This document shows positions 26,964 through 36,228 of a stretch of DNA of 45,721 bases, piece after piece. Position numbers and translations under genes: made by a program. Origin of the DNA: a bacterium (GTDB lineage Bacteria; Patescibacteriota; Minisyncoccia; Sungbacterales; SURF-37); assembly GCA_030648055.1 (NCBI GenBank), contig JAUSHI010000009.1, positions 1 to 45,721 of the forward strand. Direction: 5' to 3'. Numbering within the stretch: position 1 is the stretch's first letter; every line of letters begins with the position of its first letter. The notes beneath the pieces are model-generated. The model did not search any database, had not been told where the DNA came from, and was given only the letters and a program-made list of their open reading frames with translations.

Positions 26964-28565
26964 ATGGTTCGCGATGAAATAAAACATGCGGTTAGCACTA
27001 CTTTGCGGGAAATGTTTCCTGGAATCACTATTCCTGATTTTTCGGTTGAAGTTTCCGAAAGCGCGGAACACGGAGATTACGCGACGAATGCTGCGTTTCT
27101 TTTGGCTAAATTAGCAAAAAAAGCTCCGATGGAAATTGCCCAATTTCTTGTTCCTCAATTAATGGTTGACCCTTTTGAAAGGGTTGTGGCCTCACCCCCG
27201 GGCTTTCTTAATTTCTGGCTCACCGAAGAAGCGTTTCAAAAAGAATTAAAAGAAATTATCAAGAAAAATAATAAGTACGGAATGGGAAAAAAAATACAGG
27301 AAAAAATAAATTTGGAATTTGTTTCGGCCAACCCGACCGGCCTGCTCACCCTCGGCAACGGCAGAGGCGGGTTTTATGGCGACACGCTTGCCAATGTCCT
27401 TGAGTTCGCGGGCTTTAATGTGACCCGCGAATATTATGTGAACGACGGCAAGGTAAGTACGCAAATAAAAGAGCTTGGCAAGACCGGACTTGGGGAAGGC
27501 GTTACATATTTAACGCCGGAGCTCAAAAAGGTGGTTAAAAAACTAAAGAAAAAGATTGATGCCTTAAAAAAGAAACAGCCGAAAAATATAAGAGGCGAGG
27601 CGGGATATTTTATTGCCCAGGAAATTCATAAACAAAATAAAATTTTCCTTCAAAAGAAGGCAAAAATTAATTTTAACGTTTTCTTTTCGGAAGAACGGCT
27701 TTATCAAAAAAATGACGTTGATAAACTGCTTGCACTTTTGAAGAAAAAAAAGCTTGTCTACGAAAAAGAGGGCGCCACGTGGTTTGAGTCAAAAAAATTT
27801 GGAGATTCCGAAGACCGCGTGCTTGTGCGTTCCAGCGGTGAGCCGGCCTATTTCTTGCCTGACTTGGCGTACCACCTGAATAAGTTTTTTGCGCGGAAGT
27901 TCAACCGCGCCATTGATATATGGGGCGCGGACCATCATGGCTATGCCCAGCGGTTATCGGGCGCGCTTACCGCTCTTGAAGTTCCGGCAGGGAAATTAAA
28001 AATTATTATCACTCAGCTTGTGCGGCTTATCCGTAACGGAGTGGAGGTGAAAATGTCAAAGCGCAAGGGTGAATTTGTAACGCTTGAGGAAGTGATTGAC
28101 GAGGTTGGGGTGGACGCCGCGCGGTTTTTCTTTTTGATGTATTCTCCCGATTCGCACATGGATTTTGACTTGGAACTTGCCAAGGAGCGCTCGGTTAAAA
28201 ACCCTGTTTATTATGTTCAATATGCCCATGCGCGCATTATCAGTATTTTTAAAAAGGCAAAAAAACAAAAACTAGGCGTTGCAGATTTTTCGCTACTTAA
28301 AGAAAAAGAGGAGGTCTCGTTAATTAAAAAACTTATTCAATTTCCGGAAGCGGCCGAGGACGCGGCCCGGGATTATCAGGTTATGCGCCTTACGCGCTAT
28401 GCGATGGAGCTTGCGCGAAGTTTTCATAATTTTTATGAGAAAAATAGGGTGATAACCGAGGATAAAAATTTGACGGCAACACGCCTTCAGCTTGTAAAAG
28501 CAACTCAAATTGTATTGCAAAATGTTTTGGCGCTTTTAGGTATTTCAGCGCCCGAGAAAATGTAA
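26964..28565 (+). CDS. argS: Arginine--tRNA ligase
   Basis: HGDYATN, EFVSANPTG.LTLGNGR, WGADHHGY, KMSKRKG and YVQYAHAR. Confidence 0.97.
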   Translation: MVRDEIKHAVSTTLREMFPGITIPDFSVEVSESAEHGDYATNAAFLLAKLAKKAPMEIAQFLVPQLMVDPFERVVASPPGFLNFWLTEEAFQKELKEIIKKNNKYGMGKKIQEKINLEFVSANPTGLLTLGNGRGGFYGDTLANVLEFAGFNVTREYYVNDGKVSTQIKELGKTGLGEGVTYLTPELKKVVKKLKKKIDALKKKQPKNIRGEAGYFIAQEIHKQNKIFLQKKAKINFNVFFSEERLYQKNDVDKLLALLKKKKLVYEKEGATWFESKKFGDSEDRVLVRSSGEPAYFLPDLAYHLNKFFARKFNRAIDIWGADHHGYAQRLSGALTALEVPAGKLKIIITQLVRLIRNGVEVKMSKRKGEFVTLEEVIDEVGVDAARFFFLMYSPDSHMDFDLELAKERSVKNPVYYVQYAHARIISIFKKAKKQKLGVADFSLLKEKEEVSLIKKLIQFPEAAEDAARDYQVMRLTRYAMELARSFHNFYEKNRVITEDKNLTATRLQLVKATQIVLQNVLALLGISAPEKM

Positions 28566-28615
28566 AAAGCGAAGTGACGGCACGCGCTTTCCATTCGGCA
28601 TCGGGCCTTTTTTAT

Positions 28616-28672
28616 TTGATTTAGCCCTAAAAGTAATCGGGCGATCAATTCGCTGTGCGAATTGATTTAGCC
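28616..28672. repeat. Family C hairpin repeat
   Basis: TTGATTTAGCC...TCGGGCGATCAATTCGC-TGT-GCGAATTGATTTAGCC. Confidence 0.72.
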
Positions 28673-28691
28673 AGGAAAATTAGTATTATAA

Positions 28692-31600
28692 ATGAATATG
28701 TCGGCGGAAGATAAACAGCTGAATTTACCGCAACGAGAAGAAGAAATTCTCGCTTTTTGGGATAAAGAAAAGATTTTTGAGAAATCTCTTAAAAAAACGC
28801 GCCGCGGCAAGCTGTTTGTTTTTTACGAAGGGCCGCCAACCGCCAATGGCAATCCGGGCATACATCACTTTGAGGCGCGCGCTTTTAAAGATGTTATTCC
28901 GCGTTATAAAACAATGCGCGGATTTTTTGTACCAAGAAAAGCGGGATGGGACACACACGGCCTGCCCGTGGAGATTCAAGTTGAAAAAGAGCTCGGGCTA
29001 AAAACAAAAAAGGATGTTGAGCGCTATGGCATCGCTGAATTTAATGAAAAGTGCCGCGAGTCCGTATGGAGATATAAAGAAGAATGGGATCGCTTCACCC
29101 GCCGCATCGGGTTTTGGCTTGACCTTGCCCATCCTTATATTACTTACGAGACGCCGTATATAGAAACTCTTTGGTGGGTCACAAAAAAAGTTTGGGAAAA
29201 GAATTTACTTTATCAGGATTTTAAAACATTGCCGTGGTGCCCAAGATGCCAGACCGGACTCTCAACGCATGAGCTTGGCATGCCGGGAGCGTATAAAAAA
29301 ACAAAAGACGATTCGGTATTCGTTCGTTTTCGGATAAAGGGCAAGCCCAAAGAATCGCTTTTGATATGGACGACAACGCCATGGACGCTTTCCGCCAACG
29401 TTGCCATAGCGGCAAATCCGCAAATAGAATACACGAAGTGGAAAATAGGCGACGAATATGTGTGGTCGGCAACTACGCCTCCTTATGATTCTAAGGGCGC
29501 CAAGCCGAATATAGTTGAAAAAATTTCCGGCAAGGCGTTGATTGGTATGGAGTATGAACCGATTTATACGCCGGAACTTGATGTGAAAATCAAAACAGCG
29601 GTTCCTTATAAAGTGGTTGGGGCTGATTTTGTGGAGACTAATGAGGGAACCGGCTTCGTGCATTTAGCGCCCGCGTTCGGCGAGGAAGATTTGCAGACGA
29701 TAAAAAAAGAATATGGCGCGAAATATCCGATTCTTGAAACGGTGGAGTTGGATGGCACAATGAAAAAGGGAGTAATCGGCGAAGGAAAGCCCGTAAGGAA
29801 TGCGAACACCGCTGTTATTGAGGACTTGAAAAAACGCGGACTGCTTTTTTGGCTTTTGCCGTACGAGCACGAGTATCCACATTGCTGGCGGTGCGATACG
29901 CCTTTGATCTATTACGCAAAAAATTCGTGGTGGATTCGCATGACGGCGTTGAAAAAAGAACTTATAGCTAATAACCAAACGATTGATTGGGTTCCGGAAC
30001 ACATAAAAGACGGTCGTTTCGGGGAATTTCTGCGGGAAGTGCGCGATTGGGCATTTTCTCGCGAAAGATATTGGGGCACGCCTCTTCCGGTATGGGAGTG
30101 TTCAGTTTGTCATTCTCTTGATGTAATCGGTTCTATTGATGAGCTTGCTTCCCGCGCGACGAGGTCGGGAAATACATATATTGCGATGCGCCACGGCCAG
30201 TCGGAAACCCAGCTTCTTGGAATTGCCGCGGACAGCGACTCAAAATATCACTTGACCGATAAAGGTAGAAAACAGGCGGAGCGCGCCGCGGAAAAATTAA
30301 AAAAAGAAAAAATTAACGTCATAATTTATTCCGATGTTTTACGCACAAAAGAGACTTCCCAAATTGTTGCCAGAATTTTAGGCGTGGAAATGGTTGTTCC
30401 GGACCGGCGCATTCATGAATTGAATGTTGGCATTTTTGACGGCAGGCCAACCAAAGAATATCACGATTTTTACCGATCAATGGAAGAAAAATTTGTTAAG
30501 CCGGTGCCCGAGGGCGAATCTTTGAGTGATTTGAAAAAACGGGTGATGGATTTTATGCGCGAAACCGATGAAAGGTTTAAGAACAAAAAAATTCTTATTA
30601 TAAGTCATGAATATCCGATCTGGATTCTTGACGGCGCCTCTAGGGGATTGGATGCGGGAGGGATTATTGCTCTCCGTGGTAAAAAGGATGACTACATCGG
30701 GCTTGCTCAGACAATGCGCATTCCGTTTCTCCGTCTCCCAAGGGACGCAAGGGGTAGCGTGGATTTGCATCGCCCGCATATTGATTCGTTTGAAATTCCT
30801 TGCAATAAGTGTAATGGCATGATGAAGCGCGTTTCCGAAGTAATTGACGTGTGGTTTGATTCTGGTGCTATGCCTTTCGCTCAAACGCATTTTCCATTTG
30901 ATAAAAAAGAAAAACTATATTATCCGGCAGACTACATTTCCGAGGCGGTAGATCAGACAAGGGGATGGTTTTACACTCTTCTTGCCGTAGCCACACTTCT
31001 TGGCCGGGGCGCTCCATATCGTCATGTAATTTCGCTTGGTCATGTGCTTGATAAAAACGGTCAGAAGATGTCCAAGTCAAAGGGTAATGTTGTAAACCCA
31101 CAGGAGATGATTCAAAAATATGGAGCAGATACGATTCGGTGGTATTTCTATACCATCAACCCGCCCGGCGAGCCGAAACGTTTTGATGAAAAAGATTTGG
31201 GAAACAAGCCCCGCGGAACGCTCGCAACGTTTTGGAATAGTTTCGTATTTTTTGATACTTACGTTGAGAAAGTGAATCTTGGAAGCGGAAAGCGGCCGAA
31301 ATCTAAAAATATTATGGACAGGTGGGTACTCGCGCGCCTTGATGAAATTGTTTTAGCGGTTACCGATTGTCTGGAGAAATACGACATTACCGGGGCGGCG
31401 AGGATTCTTGATTCTTTTATTGTTGAGGATTTTTCGCGCTGGTATTTGCGGCGTTCCAGAAGAAGATTTCAGAAGCCGGAAACAAAAGAGGAAAAAGACG
31501 AGGCGGCTTCGGTTATGGGGTACGCGCTTTTAACGCTTGTCTCGCTTTTCGCGCCGTTTACTCCGTTTCTGTCTGAAGTGGTTTGGAGAGAGTTGAGAAA

Positions 31601-32168
31601 AAAGACGGGCGCAAAGGATGCAAGTATTCATTTGAAATCATGGCCCAAGGCGGAAAAAATTGGAGAAAGAGAAAAAATAATTCTTTCAAACATGAAAACT
31701 GCTCGCGAGCTGGCCACACTTGCTCTGGCTGAAAGAGCGAAGGCGGCCCTCAGGGTGCGCCAGCCATTGTCACTTCTTGAAATTCCCAAAGCATCTTTTC
31801 AGAATTTGGACAAAGATACGCTGGGTATTATCAAAGACGAAGTGAATGTTAAAAATATTTTCTCGGGTGAAATCTTGCGGCTTGATATCGTGCTTACACG
31901 TGAGCTTACCGAGGAGGGCTGGGTTCGCGAGATTCTTCGCAATGTTCAGGAGATGCGCAAAGAGTTGGGATTTCATCCCACGCACCGGATGCGGCTTCAG
32001 GTGGTAGGCAACTCTGAATTTGATGACATCATCGGGCGATGGAAGGCATTTATAGTTAAAGAGGCCGGAGCTAAGTTGATAGTTATTGGCGGCAAAAAGA
32101 TTTTTAAAATTGAGCGTGAGTTTTCTCTTGATGGGCGCGAGGTGTGGGTAGGTGTTGATAAAATATAA
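28692..32168 (+). CDS. ileS: Isoleucine--tRNA ligase (type 2) with an inserted histidine phosphatase domain
   Basis: EGPPTANGNPGIHH, GWDTHGLP, WTTTPWTL, SRERYWG and KMSKS; RHG domain at about 30165-30730. Confidence 0.96.
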   Translation: MNMSAEDKQLNLPQREEEILAFWDKEKIFEKSLKKTRRGKLFVFYEGPPTANGNPGIHHFEARAFKDVIPRYKTMRGFFVPRKAGWDTHGLPVEIQVEKELGLKTKKDVERYGIAEFNEKCRESVWRYKEEWDRFTRRIGFWLDLAHPYITYETPYIETLWWVTKKVWEKNLLYQDFKTLPWCPRCQTGLSTHELGMPGAYKKTKDDSVFVRFRIKGKPKESLLIWTTTPWTLSANVAIAANPQIEYTKWKIGDEYVWSATTPPYDSKGAKPNIVEKISGKALIGMEYEPIYTPELDVKIKTAVPYKVVGADFVETNEGTGFVHLAPAFGEEDLQTIKKEYGAKYPILETVELDGTMKKGVIGEGKPVRNANTAVIEDLKKRGLLFWLLPYEHEYPHCWRCDTPLIYYAKNSWWIRMTALKKELIANNQTIDWVPEHIKDGRFGEFLREVRDWAFSRERYWGTPLPVWECSVCHSLDVIGSIDELASRATRSGNTYIAMRHGQSETQLLGIAADSDSKYHLTDKGRKQAERAAEKLKKEKINVIIYSDVLRTKETSQIVARILGVEMVVPDRRIHELNVGIFDGRPTKEYHDFYRSMEEKFVKPVPEGESLSDLKKRVMDFMRETDERFKNKKILIISHEYPIWILDGASRGLDAGGIIALRGKKDDYIGLAQTMRIPFLRLPRDARGSVDLHRPHIDSFEIPCNKCNGMMKRVSEVIDVWFDSGAMPFAQTHFPFDKKEKLYYPADYISEAVDQTRGWFYTLLAVATLLGRGAPYRHVISLGHVLDKNGQKMSKSKGNVVNPQEMIQKYGADTIRWYFYTINPPGEPKRFDEKDLGNKPRGTLATFWNSFVFFDTYVEKVNLGSGKRPKSKNIMDRWVLARLDEIVLAVTDCLEKYDITGAARILDSFIVEDFSRWYLRRSRRRFQKPETKEEKDEAASVMGYALLTLVSLFAPFTPFLSEVVWRELRKKTGAKDASIHLKSWPKAEKIGEREKIILSNMKTARELATLALAERAKAALRVRQPLSLLEIPKASFQNLDKDTLGIIKDEVNVKNIFSGEILRLDIVLTRELTEEGWVREILRNVQEMRKELGFHPTHRMRLQVVGNSEFDDIIGRWKAFIVKEAGAKLIVIGGKKIFKIEREFSLDGREVWVGVDKI

Positions 32169-32765
32169 ATGTACGTTACTGACGCTATTATTCTAAAAAA
32201 AGAACCGGTGGGTGAAGCCGATGTGCTCGTGACCGCGCTTACTGATCGCTTCGTCAGAATTCGGCTTGTCGCGCAAGGGGCGCGCAAGGTCGGCGCCAAG
32301 CTCAAGGGTCACCTTGAGCCGTTGTCTCTTTCGCGGTTTTCTTTTGTCGTGGGAAGGAAAAATTATCGCCTGATAGGCGCGGAACTTCAGGATTTTTTTC
32401 CGATAATTAAAAATGAACCCGAGCGTTTTCGCGTCGCAACGGAAATTGCGTCAGTTTTAGACAGCGTTCTTTTTGAAGATGTTGCCGAAAAGAACGGTAA
32501 TTTTTTTGCCATCGCTCATGAAGCGCTTAAATTTATTAATGAGCCGTTAAATTCCATAAAGGATTGCGAGCTGGCGTTTCTTTGGTTTAGAACACAATTT
32601 TTACGGGAGTCGGGCCTTCTTCCTGAAAATGCGGAGGAGTTATTTGTTGCGAAAGGGGGCGAATATACGCCCTGCGGCGATTTTGTGTCGCTTTGCGGCG
32701 AGCCGCAAGCATTAAGGCTTAGAGAGTCTATCTCACAGATTTTTAGAGAATACTTACCCCGTTAG
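32169..32765 (+). CDS. recO: DNA repair protein RecO
   Basis: AIILKK..VGEAD...AQGARK..AKLKGHLEP. Confidence 0.85.
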   Translation: MYVTDAIILKKEPVGEADVLVTALTDRFVRIRLVAQGARKVGAKLKGHLEPLSLSRFSFVVGRKNYRLIGAELQDFFPIIKNEPERFRVATEIASVLDSVLFEDVAEKNGNFFAIAHEALKFINEPLNSIKDCELAFLWFRTQFLRESGLLPENAEELFVAKGGEYTPCGDFVSLCGEPQALRLRESISQIFREYLPR

Positions 32766-32793
32766 AACAGCCTTCTGTGTTATAATAAAAAGC

Positions 32794-34695
32794 ATGGTGA
32801 CACTTGAAGAATTGCGCCGTAAGCTTTATGGCCCGAAAGAGCCCGAAAATAAGGGCGGGCCAAGGGATATTGCTCGTGAGTATGGCAAAGGAACGGACGA
32901 AGAGCCGAAGAAATTTTGGAACACAACTGAAATAAAGATATTGAAGAAAACAATCAAAGAACATAAAACAAGCCGCTTGCTCGCCAATATCATTATTTTT
33001 TCTCTTGTTCTTCTTTTTGGGCTAGGTGTTTATATAGCGTATGAGATCTTTTTTGTTCAGGAAGAAGTTAATTTGACGATTGCCGGTCCGGACGGGGTTG
33101 AAACCGGCGAGCGCACTGATTTCGTGGCTCTCATTAAAAATACCGGCAAGATCGCCCTGTATGATGTTGAGCTTAATATTACTTACCCCGAGCACACCAT
33201 TGCCGTTGCCAACACCGGCGAGGCAAAAGGAGTAGCCAGAGAAAAAATTACTTTTGATAAAGTTTTACCGGGCGAAGAGGTGAAATACGACATCTCGGTG
33301 AAATTTTTTGGCAAGATCGGGGACGAAGAAACGCTTACCGTGCTCATAATTTATCGCCCCGAGAACATACAAAGCCGCCTTATAAAAAAAACCGACTTTA
33401 CTACCCATATCGCGCGCTCGCCTTTTGTTATAACGCTTTCTTCGCCAGAGGAAATTTCACAGAACCAGCGCATTGAACTGTCATTTCAAATAAATTCGGA
33501 GGCAAAGGTTATTATGGCGAATACTTCATTCAGGGCGGACTATCCCAGCGGGTTTGATTTTGAGTCAGCCGAGCCGAGTCCTGGTTTTGAAAACAATATT
33601 TGGTTTTTGGGGGATTTTGCTGCTGGCGACTCAAAGAAAATTACCATTCGCGGAACGATTCACGGACAACCTGAGGAGGTGAAGTCGTTCAACGGCGTTT
33701 TTGGACAATATAATCAGGCGACCAAGGAGTGGCTGGTGTTTCTTGAAGAGGCTAAGGGACCGAAAATCGCCTCACCCTTTCTTTTTGTCCGTCAGGACAT
33801 AAACGGGAAAAGAGAAGGAACAGTTAATGGTGGGGAGGGCGTGCGCTTTACCATATTTTATAAAAATAATCTTTCAAAAAAAATAAATGATATCGTTATT
33901 TCCGAGAAAGTTTCGGAAGACGTTTTAAATCTCAATACTTTGAGAGTTGATAGTGGCGCTTACGATCCGGTTGCTCACGAGATACGCTGGACTGGGGCAA
34001 CATTGTCGGAGTTAAAGGATGTTGGTCCGGGCGTGTCTGGGACGGTCAGTTTTTACGCAAATTTAAGGCCTTCACCGCCGCTAAAAAGCTTCTCTGATAA
34101 AAATTTTGTATTGGCCGCAAAAGCGGTAATTGATACCAAAAACATTCCTGAGGAATTTAGCGGAGTAAAACTTCGTTATGAAGATAATTTAGAGTTTAAA
34201 ATAAATACGAAATTAACGCTGAACACGCGCGTTGTTTATTTTGATTCGCCCGTTAAAAATACCGGGCCTCTTCCACCAAAAGTGCGGAAGGAAACAACTT
34301 ATACCATTATTTGGCAGCTCGCTAATCAGTCTAATGACGCTACAGCCGTTGAGGTTAAAGGCGGCTTGCCAGCGAATGTGAAGTGGCTCGGGACGGTGGG
34401 TGATGTTCCGGGGGTCGCGATGTTCAACAGCGCTTCAAATGAAATTGTGTGGAATATTCCAAGGGTAAGTGCTGGCACAGGCATTTTAAAGCCGCAGGCG
34501 ACACTTATTTTCAGAGTTGCTCTTGTTCCGGGCGAGGACCAAACAGGCACCTCGCCAGTCTTGGTGTCCCGTATTATCGCCGACGGCGCAGACAGTTTTA
34601 CAGGTGAAAAACTTCACGACGAAAAAGAGGATATTGTAACAGTTCTTGATACCGACACTACGCGCGATTTTGATCAATGGCGTGTTGTGCCGTAG
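32794..34695 (+). CDS. Membrane-anchored surface protein with multiple Ig-like beta-sandwich domains
   Basis: Single TM; repeated Y/IKNTG, W.LG and GPLPPKV...TTYTIIW motifs. Confidence 0.7.
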   Translation: MVTLEELRRKLYGPKEPENKGGPRDIAREYGKGTDEEPKKFWNTTEIKILKKTIKEHKTSRLLANIIIFSLVLLFGLGVYIAYEIFFVQEEVNLTIAGPDGVETGERTDFVALIKNTGKIALYDVELNITYPEHTIAVANTGEAKGVAREKITFDKVLPGEEVKYDISVKFFGKIGDEETLTVLIIYRPENIQSRLIKKTDFTTHIARSPFVITLSSPEEISQNQRIELSFQINSEAKVIMANTSFRADYPSGFDFESAEPSPGFENNIWFLGDFAAGDSKKITIRGTIHGQPEEVKSFNGVFGQYNQATKEWLVFLEEAKGPKIASPFLFVRQDINGKREGTVNGGEGVRFTIFYKNNLSKKINDIVISEKVSEDVLNLNTLRVDSGAYDPVAHEIRWTGATLSELKDVGPGVSGTVSFYANLRPSPPLKSFSDKNFVLAAKAVIDTKNIPEEFSGVKLRYEDNLEFKINTKLTLNTRVVYFDSPVKNTGPLPPKVRKETTYTIIWQLANQSNDATAVEVKGGLPANVKWLGTVGDVPGVAMFNSASNEIVWNIPRVSAGTGILKPQATLIFRVALVPGEDQTGTSPVLVSRIIADGADSFTGEKLHDEKEDIVTVLDTDTTRDFDQWRVVP

Positions 34696-34722
34696 ACGTG
34701 TTATTATTTTAACTTCATGAAT

Positions 34723-34840
34723 CCTGTTAGAGATCCAAATGTTATGTATTGCAAACAGCTTAAAATATATCTTAAAAAGCCGAGTCGTTTGTTATCCGTC
34801 GTTAACCAACGGAAATCTTTGATTTCCTATTTCTAACAGG
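34723..34840. mobile_element. Family A element inserted at the glyQS start codon
   Basis: ATGAAT|CCTGTTAGAGAT...ATTTCTAACAGG|ATGAAG; 118 bp; compensatory C>T/G>A change in both arms. Confidence 0.85.
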
Positions 34841-36223
34841 ATGAAGTCTCAAGAAAATCCGCTGATGGAAAAAATTATGTCGCTTGCCAAGCGCAGGGGG
34901 TTTATATTTCAAGGTTCGGAAATTTACGGTGGTCTTGCGGGCACATGGGACTACGGTCCGATGGGTGCTCTTTTAAAACAAAACATTAAACGCGAGTGGT
35001 GGCGGATGTTTGTTACTCTGCGGGAAGACATGTACGGTGTTGATACGGCGATTTTGATGAACGAGAAAGTGTGGGCGGTCTCCGGGCATATTAAAAATTT
35101 TGTTGACCCGATGGTTGATTGCAAGAAATGCAAAATGCGGTATCGGGCGGATAAATTAGCTGGGGTCACTATTACTCCCACGAAGCATCAAGAATCAAAT
35201 GTAAATAGTTATTTTATTGAAGGATGGGAAAATATTGAATGTCCGAATTGCCATACAAAAGGCGACTGGACTGCGGTGCGTCCGTTCAACATGATGTTCA
35301 AAACCCACGTCGGGCCGGTGGAGGACACTTCCGCGGAAACGTATCTTCGTCCGGAGACCGCGCAGGGCATGTTTGTTAATTTTAAAAATGTGCTTGATTC
35401 CATGCATCCGAAACTGCCTTTTGGAATGGCGCAAATAGGCAAGGCGTTTAGAAATGAAATTACGCCGGGAAATTTTATTTTCCGCACGCGGGAATTTGAG
35501 CAGATGGAAATTGAATATTTTATAAGGGCCGAAGAATGGGAAACGCAATTTGAATATTGGCAAGCTCAAATAAAATCTTGGCTCGCGCATATCGGAATTG
35601 CGAATGGGGTGCATGAGCGCGAGGTGCCCAAAGAGGAGAGAGCGCACTATTCACAGAGAACCGTGGATATTGATTTTGATTTTCCGTTTGGCCGCGAAGA
35701 ATTATACGGCCTTGCGTATCGGGGAGATTTTGATTTGAAAAATCACACTGAAAAATCCGGCGTTTCGCTTGAGTATTTTGATGAAGAGATAAAGAAAAAG
35801 TTTATTCCTCACGTAATTGAGCCGACTTTTGGGGTGGATAGGACCGTTTTAGCCCTTCTGGCCTCGGCTTTTAGCGAGGAAGAAGACAAAGACGGGATGC
35901 GAATAGTATTAAAATTATCTCCACGCGTCGCGCCTTTTACAGCCGCTGTGTTTCCACTGCTTGCCAATAAGCCCGCGCTTATTGACAAAGCAAAGGATAT
36001 ATTTCATAATTTAAATACGCATTTCTCCGCGGCTTGGGACGACATAGGCAATATCGGCAAGCGTTATCGCCGACAGGACGAGATCGGCACGCCGTGGTGC
36101 GTTACCGTGGACTTTCAGACGCTTGAAGACGAGACGGTAACTGTTCGCGACAGGGATACGATGAAACAGGAGCGGATTCCACTTAAAGAGCTGGTTCAGT
36201 ATTTTTCAGAGAAATTAAAATAA
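34841..36223 (+). CDS. glyQS: Glycine--tRNA ligase (alpha2 type)
   Basis: KRRGF...IYGG, YLRPETAQG, FRNEITP, REFEQME and IGKRYRRQDEIGTP. Confidence 0.97.
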   Translation: MKSQENPLMEKIMSLAKRRGFIFQGSEIYGGLAGTWDYGPMGALLKQNIKREWWRMFVTLREDMYGVDTAILMNEKVWAVSGHIKNFVDPMVDCKKCKMRYRADKLAGVTITPTKHQESNVNSYFIEGWENIECPNCHTKGDWTAVRPFNMMFKTHVGPVEDTSAETYLRPETAQGMFVNFKNVLDSMHPKLPFGMAQIGKAFRNEITPGNFIFRTREFEQMEIEYFIRAEEWETQFEYWQAQIKSWLAHIGIANGVHEREVPKEERAHYSQRTVDIDFDFPFGREELYGLAYRGDFDLKNHTEKSGVSLEYFDEEIKKKFIPHVIEPTFGVDRTVLALLASAFSEEEDKDGMRIVLKLSPRVAPFTAAVFPLLANKPALIDKAKDIFHNLNTHFSAAWDDIGNIGKRYRRQDEIGTPWCVTVDFQTLEDETVTVRDRDTMKQERIPLKELVQYFSEKLK

Positions 36224-36228
36224 ATAGT

